DNA of 32,000 bases from Candidatus Saccharimonadota bacterium (GTDB lineage Bacteria; Pseudomonadota; Gammaproteobacteria; Enterobacterales; Enterobacteriaceae). A model generated the notes under the pieces. It had not been told where the DNA came from, made no database searches, and saw only the letters and a list, made by a program, of their open reading frames with translations. The translations under genes and the position numbers were made by a program. The stretch lies in NCBI RefSeq assembly GCF_004296515.1, contig NZ_AP018160.1, forward strand, positions 120,001 through 152,000. Direction: 5' to 3'. Of the stretch, positions 17,119 to 25,877 are shown one piece after another. How positions within the stretch are numbered: position 1 is the first letter of the stretch; the number at the start of each line of letters is the position of its first letter.

Positions 17119-18150
17119 TTAACTAATATCATTTAAATTTATTCTATTATTATAAAAATATATTAATACTTCTAAAGATATTTTTATATTAAATTTAATA
17201 TAAATTTTATAATAAATAAACTTTATTAAAAATATTATATCATTATTTATAGACCCATAATTCGTTATTATAGCAGAATTATTACTATCAACACATACAT
17301 TTCCTATTCTAAATCCTTTAAAATCACATTTATCTATTAACCATCCAGTTGGAATTCTAAATTTATATTTAGAAATTAAACTATATGGAACATTAGAATA
17401 TTTATTTAAAATTTTAATTATTTTACTTTTATTTAAAGTTAAATTTTTAAAAAAACTACCAGAATTATTTATTTTTTTATAATTTGGTATATTTTTTTTT
17501 CTTAAATTAGATATAAAATTATATATATATCTTGGATTACATTTTTTTATATTTATATTTTTTAATTTATAATAATTTATTAATGGTTTCCATTTAATCG
17601 GTAATTTTAAACCTAAATAAATAATTATATATCTACTAGATAAATTACCTAATTTGCTATTTCTATATTTAAATTTACATTTATTTTTATTAAATCTTAT
17701 AATTTTTCTTCTTTTTATATCTAATATATCAACATATTTACATATATTTTTTATTTCTAATCCATATGCGCCTATATTAAATATAGGTGCTGCACCTACT
17801 TTACCAGGAATCATAGCTAAATTTTCTAATCCATAAATATTATTTTTAATAGAATACAAAACTAAATCATTCCAATTAATTCCAGATCCTACATGTAAAT
17901 AATAATATTTATTTTTTTTAATAAAACTAATATATTTAATATTATTTATTATAATTAATCCTAAAAAATCTTTTAAAAAAATTGTATTAGTTCCATTACC
18001 AAGTATTATTATTGGTAATGATTTAAAATGATCAAATATTTTATATAAAATATCTAATTTATTAATTTTAATAAAATATTTAGTATATACATTCATAGAA
18101 AAACTTATATATTTTTTTAAAGATTTATTAAATTCAATATTAGTTAACAT
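17119..18150 (-). CDS. murB: UDP-N-acetylenolpyruvoylglucosamine reductase
   Basis: 343 aa (E. coli MurB is 342 aa). FAD-binding region ILGNGTNTIF, GLENLAMIPGKVGAAPIFNIGAYG, YRNSKL, GSFFKN, and PTGWLIDKCDFKGFRIG near the C-terminus. Confidence 0.85.
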   Translation of the reverse strand: MLTNIEFNKSLKKYISFSMNVYTKYFIKINKLDILYKIFDHFKSLPIIILGNGTNTIFLKDFLGLIIINNIKYISFIKKNKYYYLHVGSGINWNDLVLYSIKNNIYGLENLAMIPGKVGAAPIFNIGAYGLEIKNICKYVDILDIKRRKIIRFNKNKCKFKYRNSKLGNLSSRYIIIYLGLKLPIKWKPLINYYKLKNINIKKCNPRYIYNFISNLRKKNIPNYKKINNSGSFFKNLTLNKSKIIKILNKYSNVPYSLISKYKFRIPTGWLIDKCDFKGFRIGNVCVDSNNSAIITNYGSINNDIIFLIKFIYYKIYIKFNIKISLEVLIYFYNNRINLNDIS

Positions 18151-20041
18151 TTAAATAAAATTATTATTTTTTAACCAAATTTTAATTATAAATATAGATG
18201 AATATGTTATTCCAGAAATATTTAACATTTCTCCTAAAGATTTAGGTTTAAATCTATTTAAATTACAGATAACTTCATTAGATAATCCATTTATTTTATT
18301 AAAATTTATATTTTTTGGAAAATGTATATTTAAATATTTATTTATATTTTCTATTTCTTTATTTTGTTTATATATATAATATTCATATTTTATTTGAGTT
18401 TCTATTTCATTAAATATTTTATTATCTTTTAATAAAGGTTTTAAAATATCTATTTTATTTAAATCCTCATAATTTATTTCTTGATTACGTAATAAATCAT
18501 ATCCACTAATATTATTTGTTATTTTATTACATAATTTATTATTTAAATTTATCAAATTTATATCTTTAATATTTATTAAAGTAGATTTTAATCTATTTTT
18601 TTCTTTTTCTATTATTTCTTTCTTTAAACAAAATTTTTTCCATTTATTTAAACTTATTAAACCTAATTTATACCCTATATCACTTAATCTTAAATCTGCA
18701 TTACTTTCCCTTAAAGATAATCTATATTCTGCTCTAGAAGTAAACATTCTATAAGGTTCTATAACTCCTTTTTTACATAAATCATCTAGCATAACTCCTA
18801 TGTAAGATTCGTTTCTTAAAGGAAACCAAAAATCCATATTTTTGGAAAATCTACTTGAATTTATTCCAGCTATTATTCCTTGAGCAGCAGCTTCTTCATA
18901 ACCTGTTGTTCCATTTATTTGACCTGCTAAAAACAATCCTCTTATTATCTTACTTTCTAATGTAAGATTTAAATTTATAGGATCAAAAAAATCATATTCT
19001 ACTGCATATCCTGGTCTAGTTATTTTAGATTTTTCTAATCCCTTTATTGATCTTATAAAACTTATCTGTGTTTCTATTGGTAAACTAGTAGATATTCCAT
19101 TAGGATATATTTCATTACTATTTAATCCTTCGGGTTCCAAAAAAATCTGATGAGATTTTTTATCATGAAATTTTATTACTTTATCTTCTATAGAAGGACA
19201 ATATCTAGGTCCACTACTTTTTATTAAATTATTATAAATAGGACTTTTATTTATATTATCTAATATTATTTTATGAGTTTCTATATTAGTATTTGTTATA
19301 TAACATGGCATTTGTTTTAAAAATTTTTTTCTATTTAAATAAAAAGAAAAAGTTGGTAATGGAAAATCACTATATTGTTTATCTAATAATTTAAAATTTA
19401 TAGATCTTAAATCTATTCTTGGAGGAGTACCAGTTTTAAATCTTCTTATACTTTTAAAAAATATATTTTTTAATTTATCAGATAAATAAGAATTAGTAGA
19501 ATCACCATATCTTCCTCCATAAATTTTATTATTTAATCCTATATATATTTCTCCATTTAAAAATGTACCTAATGTCAAAACCAAAGATTTTGAAAAAAAA
19601 GATATGTTAGATTCTGTTATTACATTAAAATTATTATTTGTATCAAATTTTATATTTATTACCTTTTGCTGAAAAATATCTAAATTTTTATTTTTATATA
19701 ATAATTTTTTTATATTATTTTGATATATAATTTTATCAGCTTGAACTCTTGTAGCTTGTACAGATGGACCTTTACTAGTATTTAGTTTTCTAAATTGTAT
19801 ACCTGACATATCTGCAGCCATACCCATTAATCCACCAATAGCATCTATTTCTTTAACTAAATTACTTTTACCTATTCCTCCCTATTGAAGGATTACATGA
19901 CATTTGTCCTATTGTATCTAAATTATTTGTTAATAAAAGAGTTTTACTTATTTTTGAAGATGAATTAGATGCTTCTATACCAGCATGACCTCCACCAATA
20001 ACTATTACATCATAATAATTATATTTATTTATATTTTTCAT
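18151..20041 (-). pseudogene. mnmG: tRNA uridine-5-carboxymethylaminomethyl modification enzyme MnmG (GidA), reading frame broken by one extra G at 19880..19882
   Basis: The N-terminal piece (ATG 20041..20039 to TAA 19870..19868) reads [25 protein letters not shown]...[14 protein letters not shown] then RNR-stop. The 558-aa ORF 18151..19827, extended upstream in its own frame, reads [49 protein letters not shown]... Removing one G from ATAGGGAGGAATAGG restores the conserved SCNPSIGGIGKS. Both parts are otherwise collinear with E. coli MnmG. It may still be functional if this is an assembly error or a +1 frameshift site. Confidence 0.85.
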
Positions 20042-21084
20042 TTTATATTTTTTTTATAAAAATTATATAAACTATTAACTTTTATTAAATAATCTCTTGT
20101 TTCTTTTAATGGGTGATTATTTAATATTATATTAAATAATTCATTAGAAGTTTTATTATTTATAATATTAATTGAATCATTAAAATTTAATGAAAAAATA
20201 TTTAAAACATTTTTAATACCACCATTATATGATGATATTATTAAATATTTAATAGATTCAGTATTTTTGACATTATAAAAATATTTATTTTTAAGAATAT
20301 ATAAATATGAAACACCAACATTTATATTATTTTTAGGATTAATTAAATATACAACACTTGGAAAATTATTCTTTTTTTTATATTTAAATACATCTAAACC
20401 AGATTTATTTCTAATTATTTGCATTAATCCTATAGCTTCTAAATTACTAATTGCATATGGATTAAACTTTGATTCAGCATGAATTATAGATAAAATTAAT
20501 GATTTATCTATATTGTATTTTTTAGAATATTTATTAATTATATTTATATAATTGTTATATTTATAATTATTTATATTAAAAATATCTATTTTAATATAAA
20601 TAATATTTTTTTTAGAAGACATTCTTTTATTTATACAATTTTTAACTAAAAAATCTATATAATTTGAAATATCTTTTTTATATAATAATGGAAATTTATT
20701 TTTTCCTAATATATTTTTATATATATATAATTTCTCACTTTTTAATACATTATTATTAAATTTAAAATTAATATTATTATTTAATATATTAAATAATATT
20801 TTTTTAAAAATATTATTTAAATTATTAATTAATAAAGTCTCTATAATTATTTTATTTAGTTTAAAATCAACATAAATTCTTGCTTTATTATCAAAATAAT
20901 ATTTTAGTATATTATTATTTTTTACTAAAATTATTTCATTTTTACCCCATATACTTTCTATATTATTATTTATTTGATAAATTAAGTTTTTTATTTGATA
21001 AAAATCATTAGAATTTAAATTATAATTATTTTTATAGTTATTAATTATAAATATTTTTATAATTAATAAAATAAAAAAAAACAT
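20038..21084 (-). CDS. mltC: Membrane-bound lytic murein transglycosylase C
   Basis: 348 aa (E. coli MltC is 359 aa). The N-domain [11 protein letters not shown]...[15 protein letters not shown] matches NIENIWGFKEV...INFDDGTITIETI. The SLT domain [35 protein letters not shown]...[15 protein letters not shown] matches [35 protein letters not shown]...ITAYNGGAGSVLRVF. The TGA stop overlaps the mnmG ATG. Confidence 0.85.
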   Translation of the reverse strand: MFFFILLIIKIFIINNYKNNYNLNSNDFYQIKNLIYQINNNIESIWGKNEIILVKNNNILKYYFDNKARIYVDFKLNKIIIETLLINNLNNIFKKILFNILNNNINFKFNNNVLKSEKLYIYKNILGKNKFPLLYKKDISNYIDFLVKNCINKRMSSKKNIIYIKIDIFNINNYKYNNYINIINKYSKKYNIDKSLILSIIHAESKFNPYAISNLEAIGLMQIIRNKSGLDVFKYKKKNNFPSVVYLINPKNNINVGVSYLYILKNKYFYNVKNTESIKYLIISSYNGGIKNVLNIFSLNFNDSINIINNKTSNELFNIILNNHPLKETRDYLIKVNSLYNFYKKNIK

Positions 21085-21086
21085 AA

Positions 21087-22478
21087 TTAACTATTTATGT
21101 TATTAGGAGTTTTAGGAAAAGGAGATATATCTCTTATATTATTCATTCCTGTTATTGATAATAATAATCTTTCAAATCCTAATCCAAATCCTGAATGAGG
21201 TACGCTTCCATATTTTCTTAAATCAGAATACCATTGATAATTACTTAAATCATCACCAAAACAATTCATCAATCTTTCATTTAAAATTTCATAGTTATCT
21301 TCTCTCTCAGAACCTCCTATCACTTCACCTACATTAGGTAATAAAATATCCATGGAAGATACAGTAATTTCATCATTATTTACTTTCATATAAAAAGGTT
21401 TTATATTTTTAGGAAAGTTTTTTATTACTACAGGTATATTATTAAAATAATCTAGTAAATATTTTTCATTATCAGATGATATATCTAATCCCCATTTTAT
21501 ATTATTAAATTTAGATTTATTTATTATTTTTATAGCATCACTATAATCTAATATATTAAAATTATTATTAATAATATTATTTAAATAATCAATTTTTAGA
21601 TTATTTTTTCTATGTATAAAAACTATATCATCTATATAATTATCTAATAATAAATTATATACGTTTTTTATTAATAATTCAGATAATAATATAATATCAT
21701 CTAAATTATTAAATGCGATTTCTACTTCTAACATCCAAAATTCAGATAAGTGTTTTCTAGTATTTGAATTTTCTGCTCTAAAAGCAGGACCAAATGTATA
21801 AACTTTAGATAATCCACAAGCATAAGATTCTAAATTCAATTGACCAGATACAGTTAAAAAAGTATCTTTACCAAAAAATTTTTTTTTCAAATCATCTTTT
21901 AAATGAACTTCAAATAATTGATTATTACCTTCAGTGTTATAACAAGTTATTATAGAGGTTGGAACCCATATAAAATTATTTTTATTCATAAAATTATTTA
22001 TTGAATTAAAAACAAAACTTCTTATTCTTGATATTGAAGAAAATAATTTAGTTCTTATTCTTAAATGTTCGACTTTTCTTAAAAATTCTAAACTATGTTT
22101 CTTTTTAGATATAGGATATGATTTAGGATCATTTATTTTACCTATTATATTTATTTCTGTAGCTTTTATTTCATAACTTTGAAATTTTCCTATAGATTTA
22201 ATTAATAATCCTATTACATTTAAAGAATATCCTGTAGTTATATTAGTTATTTCTTTATAATTTTTTAAATTATTATTAGAAATTATTTGAATATCATTAA
22301 ACGATGATCCATCATAAATTGATATAAAAGTTATTCCAATATTAGATGTTCTTTTATTTCTAACCCAACCATTTATAGAAACAATTTTATTTAAAAATTT
22401 ATCTATATTTTTTAATAAATATAATATTGATATTGAATTTTTCATTTTTTTTAGTATTTTATTATTTATAATAAACAT
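21087..22478 (-). CDS. asnS: Asparagine--tRNA ligase
   Basis: 463 aa (E. coli AsnRS is 466 aa). FLTVSGQLNLESYACGLSKVYTFGPAFRAENSNTRKHLSEFWMLEVE and PHSGFGLGFERLL are near-identical to E. coli AsnRS. The start is uncertain: the second Met (ATG 22445..22443) fits the E. coli N-terminal length better and would remove the overlap with tusE. Confidence 0.9.
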   Translation of the reverse strand: MFIINNKILKKMKNSISILYLLKNIDKFLNKIVSINGWVRNKRTSNIGITFISIYDGSSFNDIQIISNNNLKNYKEITNITTGYSLNVIGLLIKSIGKFQSYEIKATEINIIGKINDPKSYPISKKKHSLEFLRKVEHLRIRTKLFSSISRIRSFVFNSINNFMNKNNFIWVPTSIITCYNTEGNNQLFEVHLKDDLKKKFFGKDTFLTVSGQLNLESYACGLSKVYTFGPAFRAENSNTRKHLSEFWMLEVEIAFNNLDDIILLSELLIKNVYNLLLDNYIDDIVFIHRKNNLKIDYLNNIINNNFNILDYSDAIKIINKSKFNNIKWGLDISSDNEKYLLDYFNNIPVVIKNFPKNIKPFYMKVNNDEITVSSMDILLPNVGEVIGGSEREDNYEILNERLMNCFGDDLSNYQWYSDLRKYGSVPHSGFGLGFERLLLSITGMNNIRDISPFPKTPNNINS

Positions 22479-22741
22479 TTATTTGGATAAGGAATTCCAG
22501 ATATTTTATATATATTTTTATCAAATTTATTTTTAAAAATTAAGTTAAGATAATTTAAACTTATTTTATTATTAATATTTTTTTTATTAAAAAAAATTAT
22601 TAATATATTTATACTAGGAGAAATTTTATATTTATAATAAAAATCTCTAATAAAATATATTATATCCCAATGTTTATCATTTAATATAATTTTTTTTTTT
22701 CTTGCTATATTTATAGCAAAATTTTTATTCCAATTTTTCAT
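22466..22741 (-). CDS. tusE: Sulfurtransferase TusE (DsrC family)
   Basis: 91 aa. HWDIIYFIRDFYYKYKISPSINILI matches E. coli TusE [25 protein letters not shown]. The C-terminal GIPYPNKCLL matches GLPKPVKCI, so the active Cys is retained. Confidence 0.75.
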   Translation of the reverse strand: MKNWNKNFAINIARKKKIILNDKHWDIIYFIRDFYYKYKISPSINILIIFFNKKNINNKISLNYLNLIFKNKFDKNIYKISGIPYPNKCLL

Positions 22742-22784
22742 ATAATATATTTTATTGTATAATAATTTTGTTATCTAATTTAAT

Positions 22785-22872
22785 AGAGGAGTGGCTGAGT
22801 GGATTAAAGCACTGGTCTTGAAAACCAGAAATATAAATTTTATATTCTAGAGTTCGAATCTCTACTCCTCTA
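22785..22872 (+). tRNA. tRNA-Ser (anticodon UGA), class II with a long variable arm
   Basis: Hand-folded cloverleaf:
- Acceptor AGAGGAG / CTCCTCT.
- D-arm GCTG-AGTGGATTAAA-GCA.
- Anticodon stem CTGGT / ACCAG with loop CTTGAAA.
- 7-bp variable arm AATATAA / TTATATT.
- T-arm TAGAG-TTCGAAT-CTCTA.
No CCA is encoded. It is a GC-rich island in AT-rich DNA. Confidence 0.9.
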
Positions 22873-22910
22873 TAATTTTAAATTATATATAAATAAAAAA
22901 TTATTATAAA

Positions 22911-24602
22911 TTAATATGTAATTATTAGTTTATTTATATAATAAATTAATATAAGTAATATATTTTTATATAAAATTTTTTTATTTATATAATTAATATT
23001 ATAAACACCTAATAACTTTAATTTAAATAAATTTTTTAATTTATTTTTTATATTGTTAAAGTTTAAAATATTAAATTTATTAATTTTTGAACATATATAA
23101 TTTATATAATTTTTATTTTTATATTTTATTTTTATTATAAAATTATTAGATATTCTAATATTATTATTTGATAAAATAATTAATTTTATATTTTTATTAT
23201 TAATATTTTTTATATTATATATTTCTTTTTTTTTATTTTTTAATAAATATATTCTAATAAATAATGGAACTATAATACATATTTCTTCAATATTTTTATT
23301 TAAAGATTTCTTTTCCAAAAATCTTAAAATAGATAATGATAATGATTCATAATTTCTTATAAATCCAATTCCATTACATTTAGTACATATATTATTGCAT
23401 TCATTTAAAGATTTATTTAATCTTTGTCGTGATAATTCTAATAATCCAAATTTAGATATATTTTCCATACAAATTTTTGATTTATCTAAATATAAATATT
23501 TACGAAATTCATTTTCTATTTCTAAATTATTTTCTTTTGAAAACATATCTATAAAATCTATTACTATAAGACCGCTTATATCTCTAAATCTTAATTGTTT
23601 AGCTATTTCTTTAATAGCTTCTAAGTTAGTTTTAAATGCTGTTTCTTTTATATTTGTAAATTTTGTAGATTTATATGAATTTATATCAATAGCTGTTAAT
23701 GCTTCAGTTGAATCTATTGATATAGATCCTCCAGATGATAATTTTATCTTTCTTTTAAATATAGATTCAATTTGAGATTCTATTTTAAAATAATTAAATA
23801 TAGATATATTTTTATCATATATTTTTATTTTATTATTAAATTCAAATCTTCCTAAAATATTTATATATTCTTTAGATTTATTAAAAAAATTAATATCATC
23901 TATTATTATTTCTTTTATATCTGGTGTTAAATAATCTCTAAATATTTTTATAAATATATTATTATTTTCATATATTAATGATGGACATTTAGATTTAATA
24001 TATTTTTCTTTAATAAACTCCCAATTTTTTAAAATTAAATTTAAATCTAATTGTATATCTTCTATTTTTTTACCTATACAAGATGTTCTTATTATAAAAC
24101 CTATATTTTTAGATATATTTAAGTTTGAAATCATTTTTTTTAAAATAAATCTATTTTTACCTATTATTTTTTTTGATATTCCTTTTATATTAGGATTATT
24201 TACTATTAATATAATATATGTTCCTATTAAAGATATAAATGTTGTAAATGACGCACATTTATTTCTTCTTGATTCTTTGTTTATTTGAACTAATATTTCT
24301 TGATCTTTTTTTAAATTTTTTATTTTTTCATAATAATTTTGATTATCATTTTTATAACCATTATTTAAAAAAAAGTTATTTGATATTTCTTTAATAGGTA
24401 GAAATCCATTTTTTTTATATCCATAATTTATAAATACTGCATTTAAACTAGGTTCTATTTTTATAATTTTACTTTTATAAATATTAAATTTATTTTGACT
24501 ATAATTTATATTTTCTATATATATATTATATAATTCTTTTTTATTTATAAATGCTATTATTAATTCATCTTTTTGTTTAGTGCTTATTAATATTCTTTTC
24601 AT
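22911..24602 (-). CDS. rne: Ribonuclease E, catalytic N-terminal half only
   Basis: 563 aa. MKRILISTKQKDELIIAFINKKELYNIYIE...NIYKSKIIKIEPSLNAVFINYGYKKNGFLPIKEI matches the E. coli RNase E N-terminus. The Zn-link CTKCNGIGFIRN matches CPRCSGTGTVRD. It is divergent from rluC as in E. coli, which argues for rne rather than rng. The C-terminal scaffold of about 500 aa is absent. Confidence 0.85.
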   Translation of the reverse strand: MKRILISTKQKDELIIAFINKKELYNIYIENINYSQNKFNIYKSKIIKIEPSLNAVFINYGYKKNGFLPIKEISNNFFLNNGYKNDNQNYYEKIKNLKKDQEILVQINKESRRNKCASFTTFISLIGTYIILIVNNPNIKGISKKIIGKNRFILKKMISNLNISKNIGFIIRTSCIGKKIEDIQLDLNLILKNWEFIKEKYIKSKCPSLIYENNNIFIKIFRDYLTPDIKEIIIDDINFFNKSKEYINILGRFEFNNKIKIYDKNISIFNYFKIESQIESIFKRKIKLSSGGSISIDSTEALTAIDINSYKSTKFTNIKETAFKTNLEAIKEIAKQLRFRDISGLIVIDFIDMFSKENNLEIENEFRKYLYLDKSKICMENISKFGLLELSRQRLNKSLNECNNICTKCNGIGFIRNYESLSLSILRFLEKKSLNKNIEEICIIVPLFIRIYLLKNKKKEIYNIKNINNKNIKLIILSNNNIRISNNFIIKIKYKNKNYINYICSKINKFNILNFNNIKNKLKNLFKLKLLGVYNINYINKKILYKNILLILIYYINKLIITY

Positions 24603-24722
24603 AATATTTTATACAATTTAGTATATTAAAATACTAACTATTATTTTATATAATAAGTTTGTATAAATATACATTAAATTTTATATAAACTATATTTATT
24701 TTAAATAATAAAGGTTATAAAT

Positions 24723-25667
24723 ATGAATTTAATAGATGAATTTAAAAATAATTCTATAGTAATAGATTATGATAATAAAGATAGAAGAATTGATAATTTT
24801 ATGTTTTCTAATTTTAGAAATATATCAAAATCTTTAATATATAAACATATAAGAATTGGTAATATAAAAGTTAATATAAAAAAAATTACACCTAAATATA
24901 AATTAAAAATAAATGATATAATAAAATTTCCAAATTATTATTTAGATACATCTAAAAAAAAAAAAATAAATTTAAAAAAAGAAGAATACATTAACTTTTT
25001 TAAAAAAATAATATATGAAGATGATTATTTATTAATAATAAATAAACCATATGGTATATCAGTACATGGAGGAAATAATAATAAAAATATAATTTCTATA
25101 TTAAAATGTATAAAAAATAATGAAAAAAATCTAAATTTAGTTCATAGATTAGATAAAGAAACATCAGGTATATTAATAATATCTAAAAAAATTAGTATAT
25201 TAAGAAATCTTCATAAACAATTTAATAATAATTTAATTGAAAGAAAATATATAGCATTAGTAAATGGATTATGGAATTTAAATAATAAAAATATAAATAT
25301 TTCTATTTCAAAAATAAAAAATAATAAAGGTAAAAATATATCTATATTAAATAATAATGGTAAAAAATGTAGTTCTATATTTAAAATTAATAAAATTTTT
25401 TCTGAATTTACATTAATGGATATAAAAATTATTACTGGAAGATTTCATCAAATAAGAATTCATGCTAAATATTGTGGTAATCCTATTGTTTGTGATAAAA
25501 TATATGGATTTAAAAAAGATAATATAAAAGTTAATAATCTTGGTTTAAAAAGATTATTTTTACATGCTAATTATATTAAATTTTTTCATCCTATTTATAA
25601 TAAAAAAATTTGTTTATTATCTAATTTAGATAAAGAATTAGAAAATTTTATAAAAAAAATAAATTAA
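24723..25667 (+). CDS. rluC: 23S rRNA pseudouridine synthase, RluA family (RluC by synteny)
   Basis: 314 aa. RIDNFMFSNFRNISKSLIYKHIRIGNIKVN (S4 domain), LVHRLDKETSGILI, GRFHQIRIHAKYCGNPIV and RLFLHA are collinear with E. coli RluC. It is next to rne. Confidence 0.8.
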   Translation: MNLIDEFKNNSIVIDYDNKDRRIDNFMFSNFRNISKSLIYKHIRIGNIKVNIKKITPKYKLKINDIIKFPNYYLDTSKKKKINLKKEEYINFFKKIIYEDDYLLIINKPYGISVHGGNNNKNIISILKCIKNNEKNLNLVHRLDKETSGILIISKKISILRNLHKQFNNNLIERKYIALVNGLWNLNNKNINISISKIKNNKGKNISILNNNGKKCSSIFKINKIFSEFTLMDIKIITGRFHQIRIHAKYCGNPIVCDKIYGFKKDNIKVNNLGLKRLFLHANYIKFFHPIYNKKICLLSNLDKELENFIKKIN

Positions 25668-25693
25668 CTTTTATAATTTGATAAATAAAAATT

Positions 25694-25876
25694 ATGGCTG
25701 TACAAAAAAATAAAAAATCAAAATCAAAATCTAAAATAAGAAGATTTAATAATATAAAAATAAAAAATCCATCAATATCTATTGATTTTTTATCTGGCGA
25801 ATTACATCTTAGACATCATATTACAAATAATGGATTTTATAGAGGTAAAAAAATTTATTCTAAAGATAATAAATAA
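25694..25876 (+). CDS. rpmF: 50S ribosomal protein L32
   Basis: 60 aa. MAVQKNKKSKSKSKIRR...GELHLRHHITNNGFYRGKK matches E. coli L32 MAVQQNKPTRSKRGMRR...GEKHLRHHITADGYYRGRK. Confidence 0.95.
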   Translation: MAVQKNKKSKSKSKIRRFNNIKIKNPSISIDFLSGELHLRHHITNNGFYRGKKIYSKDNK

Positions 25877-25877
25877 T

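Noticed and set aside
17103-17132. N-terminal extensions in the ORF track: rpsP to 17132, mnmA to 28390, holB from 25782.
   Set aside because: Homology to the E. coli proteins begins at internal Met codons (17102, 28306, 25878). The extensions overlap neighbouring features: the spacer below murB, the tRNA-like element and rpmF. They add residues with no counterpart in the families.
16881-20041. Possible UGA-to-Trp reassignment (genetic code 4), as in some tiny symbiont genomes.
   Set aside because: All genes are full length under the standard code, with no internal in-frame TGA. Conserved Trp positions use TGG, for example LolB NWILS, AsnRS GWV and RNase HI WNW. Under this much A+T pressure a code-4 genome would use TGA heavily for Trp. 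The two TGA codons seen sit at gene ends.
19828-21084. oriC or DnaA boxes next to mnmG (gidA), where the gammaproteobacterial origin usually lies.
   Set aside because: The mnmG start codon overlaps the mltC stop (ATGA at 20041..20038). There is no intergenic DNA here at all, so the ancestral gidA-oriC linkage is broken in this window.
23395-23775. A 126-aa plus-strand ORF antisense to rne. Similar 60-98 aa antisense ORFs lie at 1153..1449, 2077..2307, 2610..2804, 5396..5602, 9538..9738, 14058..14246, 17654..17836 and 21155..21337.
   Set aside because: All lie wholly inside well-supported conserved genes on the opposite strand. Their translations are low-complexity Leu/Ile/Phe/Asn strings with no recognisable motifs. 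They coincide with the most conserved, slightly less AT-rich gene segments, where antisense stop codons are naturally depleted. For the rne case, a stop in that register needs NNT-TAY or NNT-CAN in the sense frame, which is rare there. There is no independent evidence of coding.
24660-24673. A perfect 14-bp palindrome TGTATAAATATACA in the rne-rluC divergent spacer, as a possible operator.
   Set aside because: Short AT-rich palindromes are expected by chance in DNA of this composition. There is only a single copy in the window and no cognate regulator is evident. It is worth a genome-wide count but is not supportable as a site.
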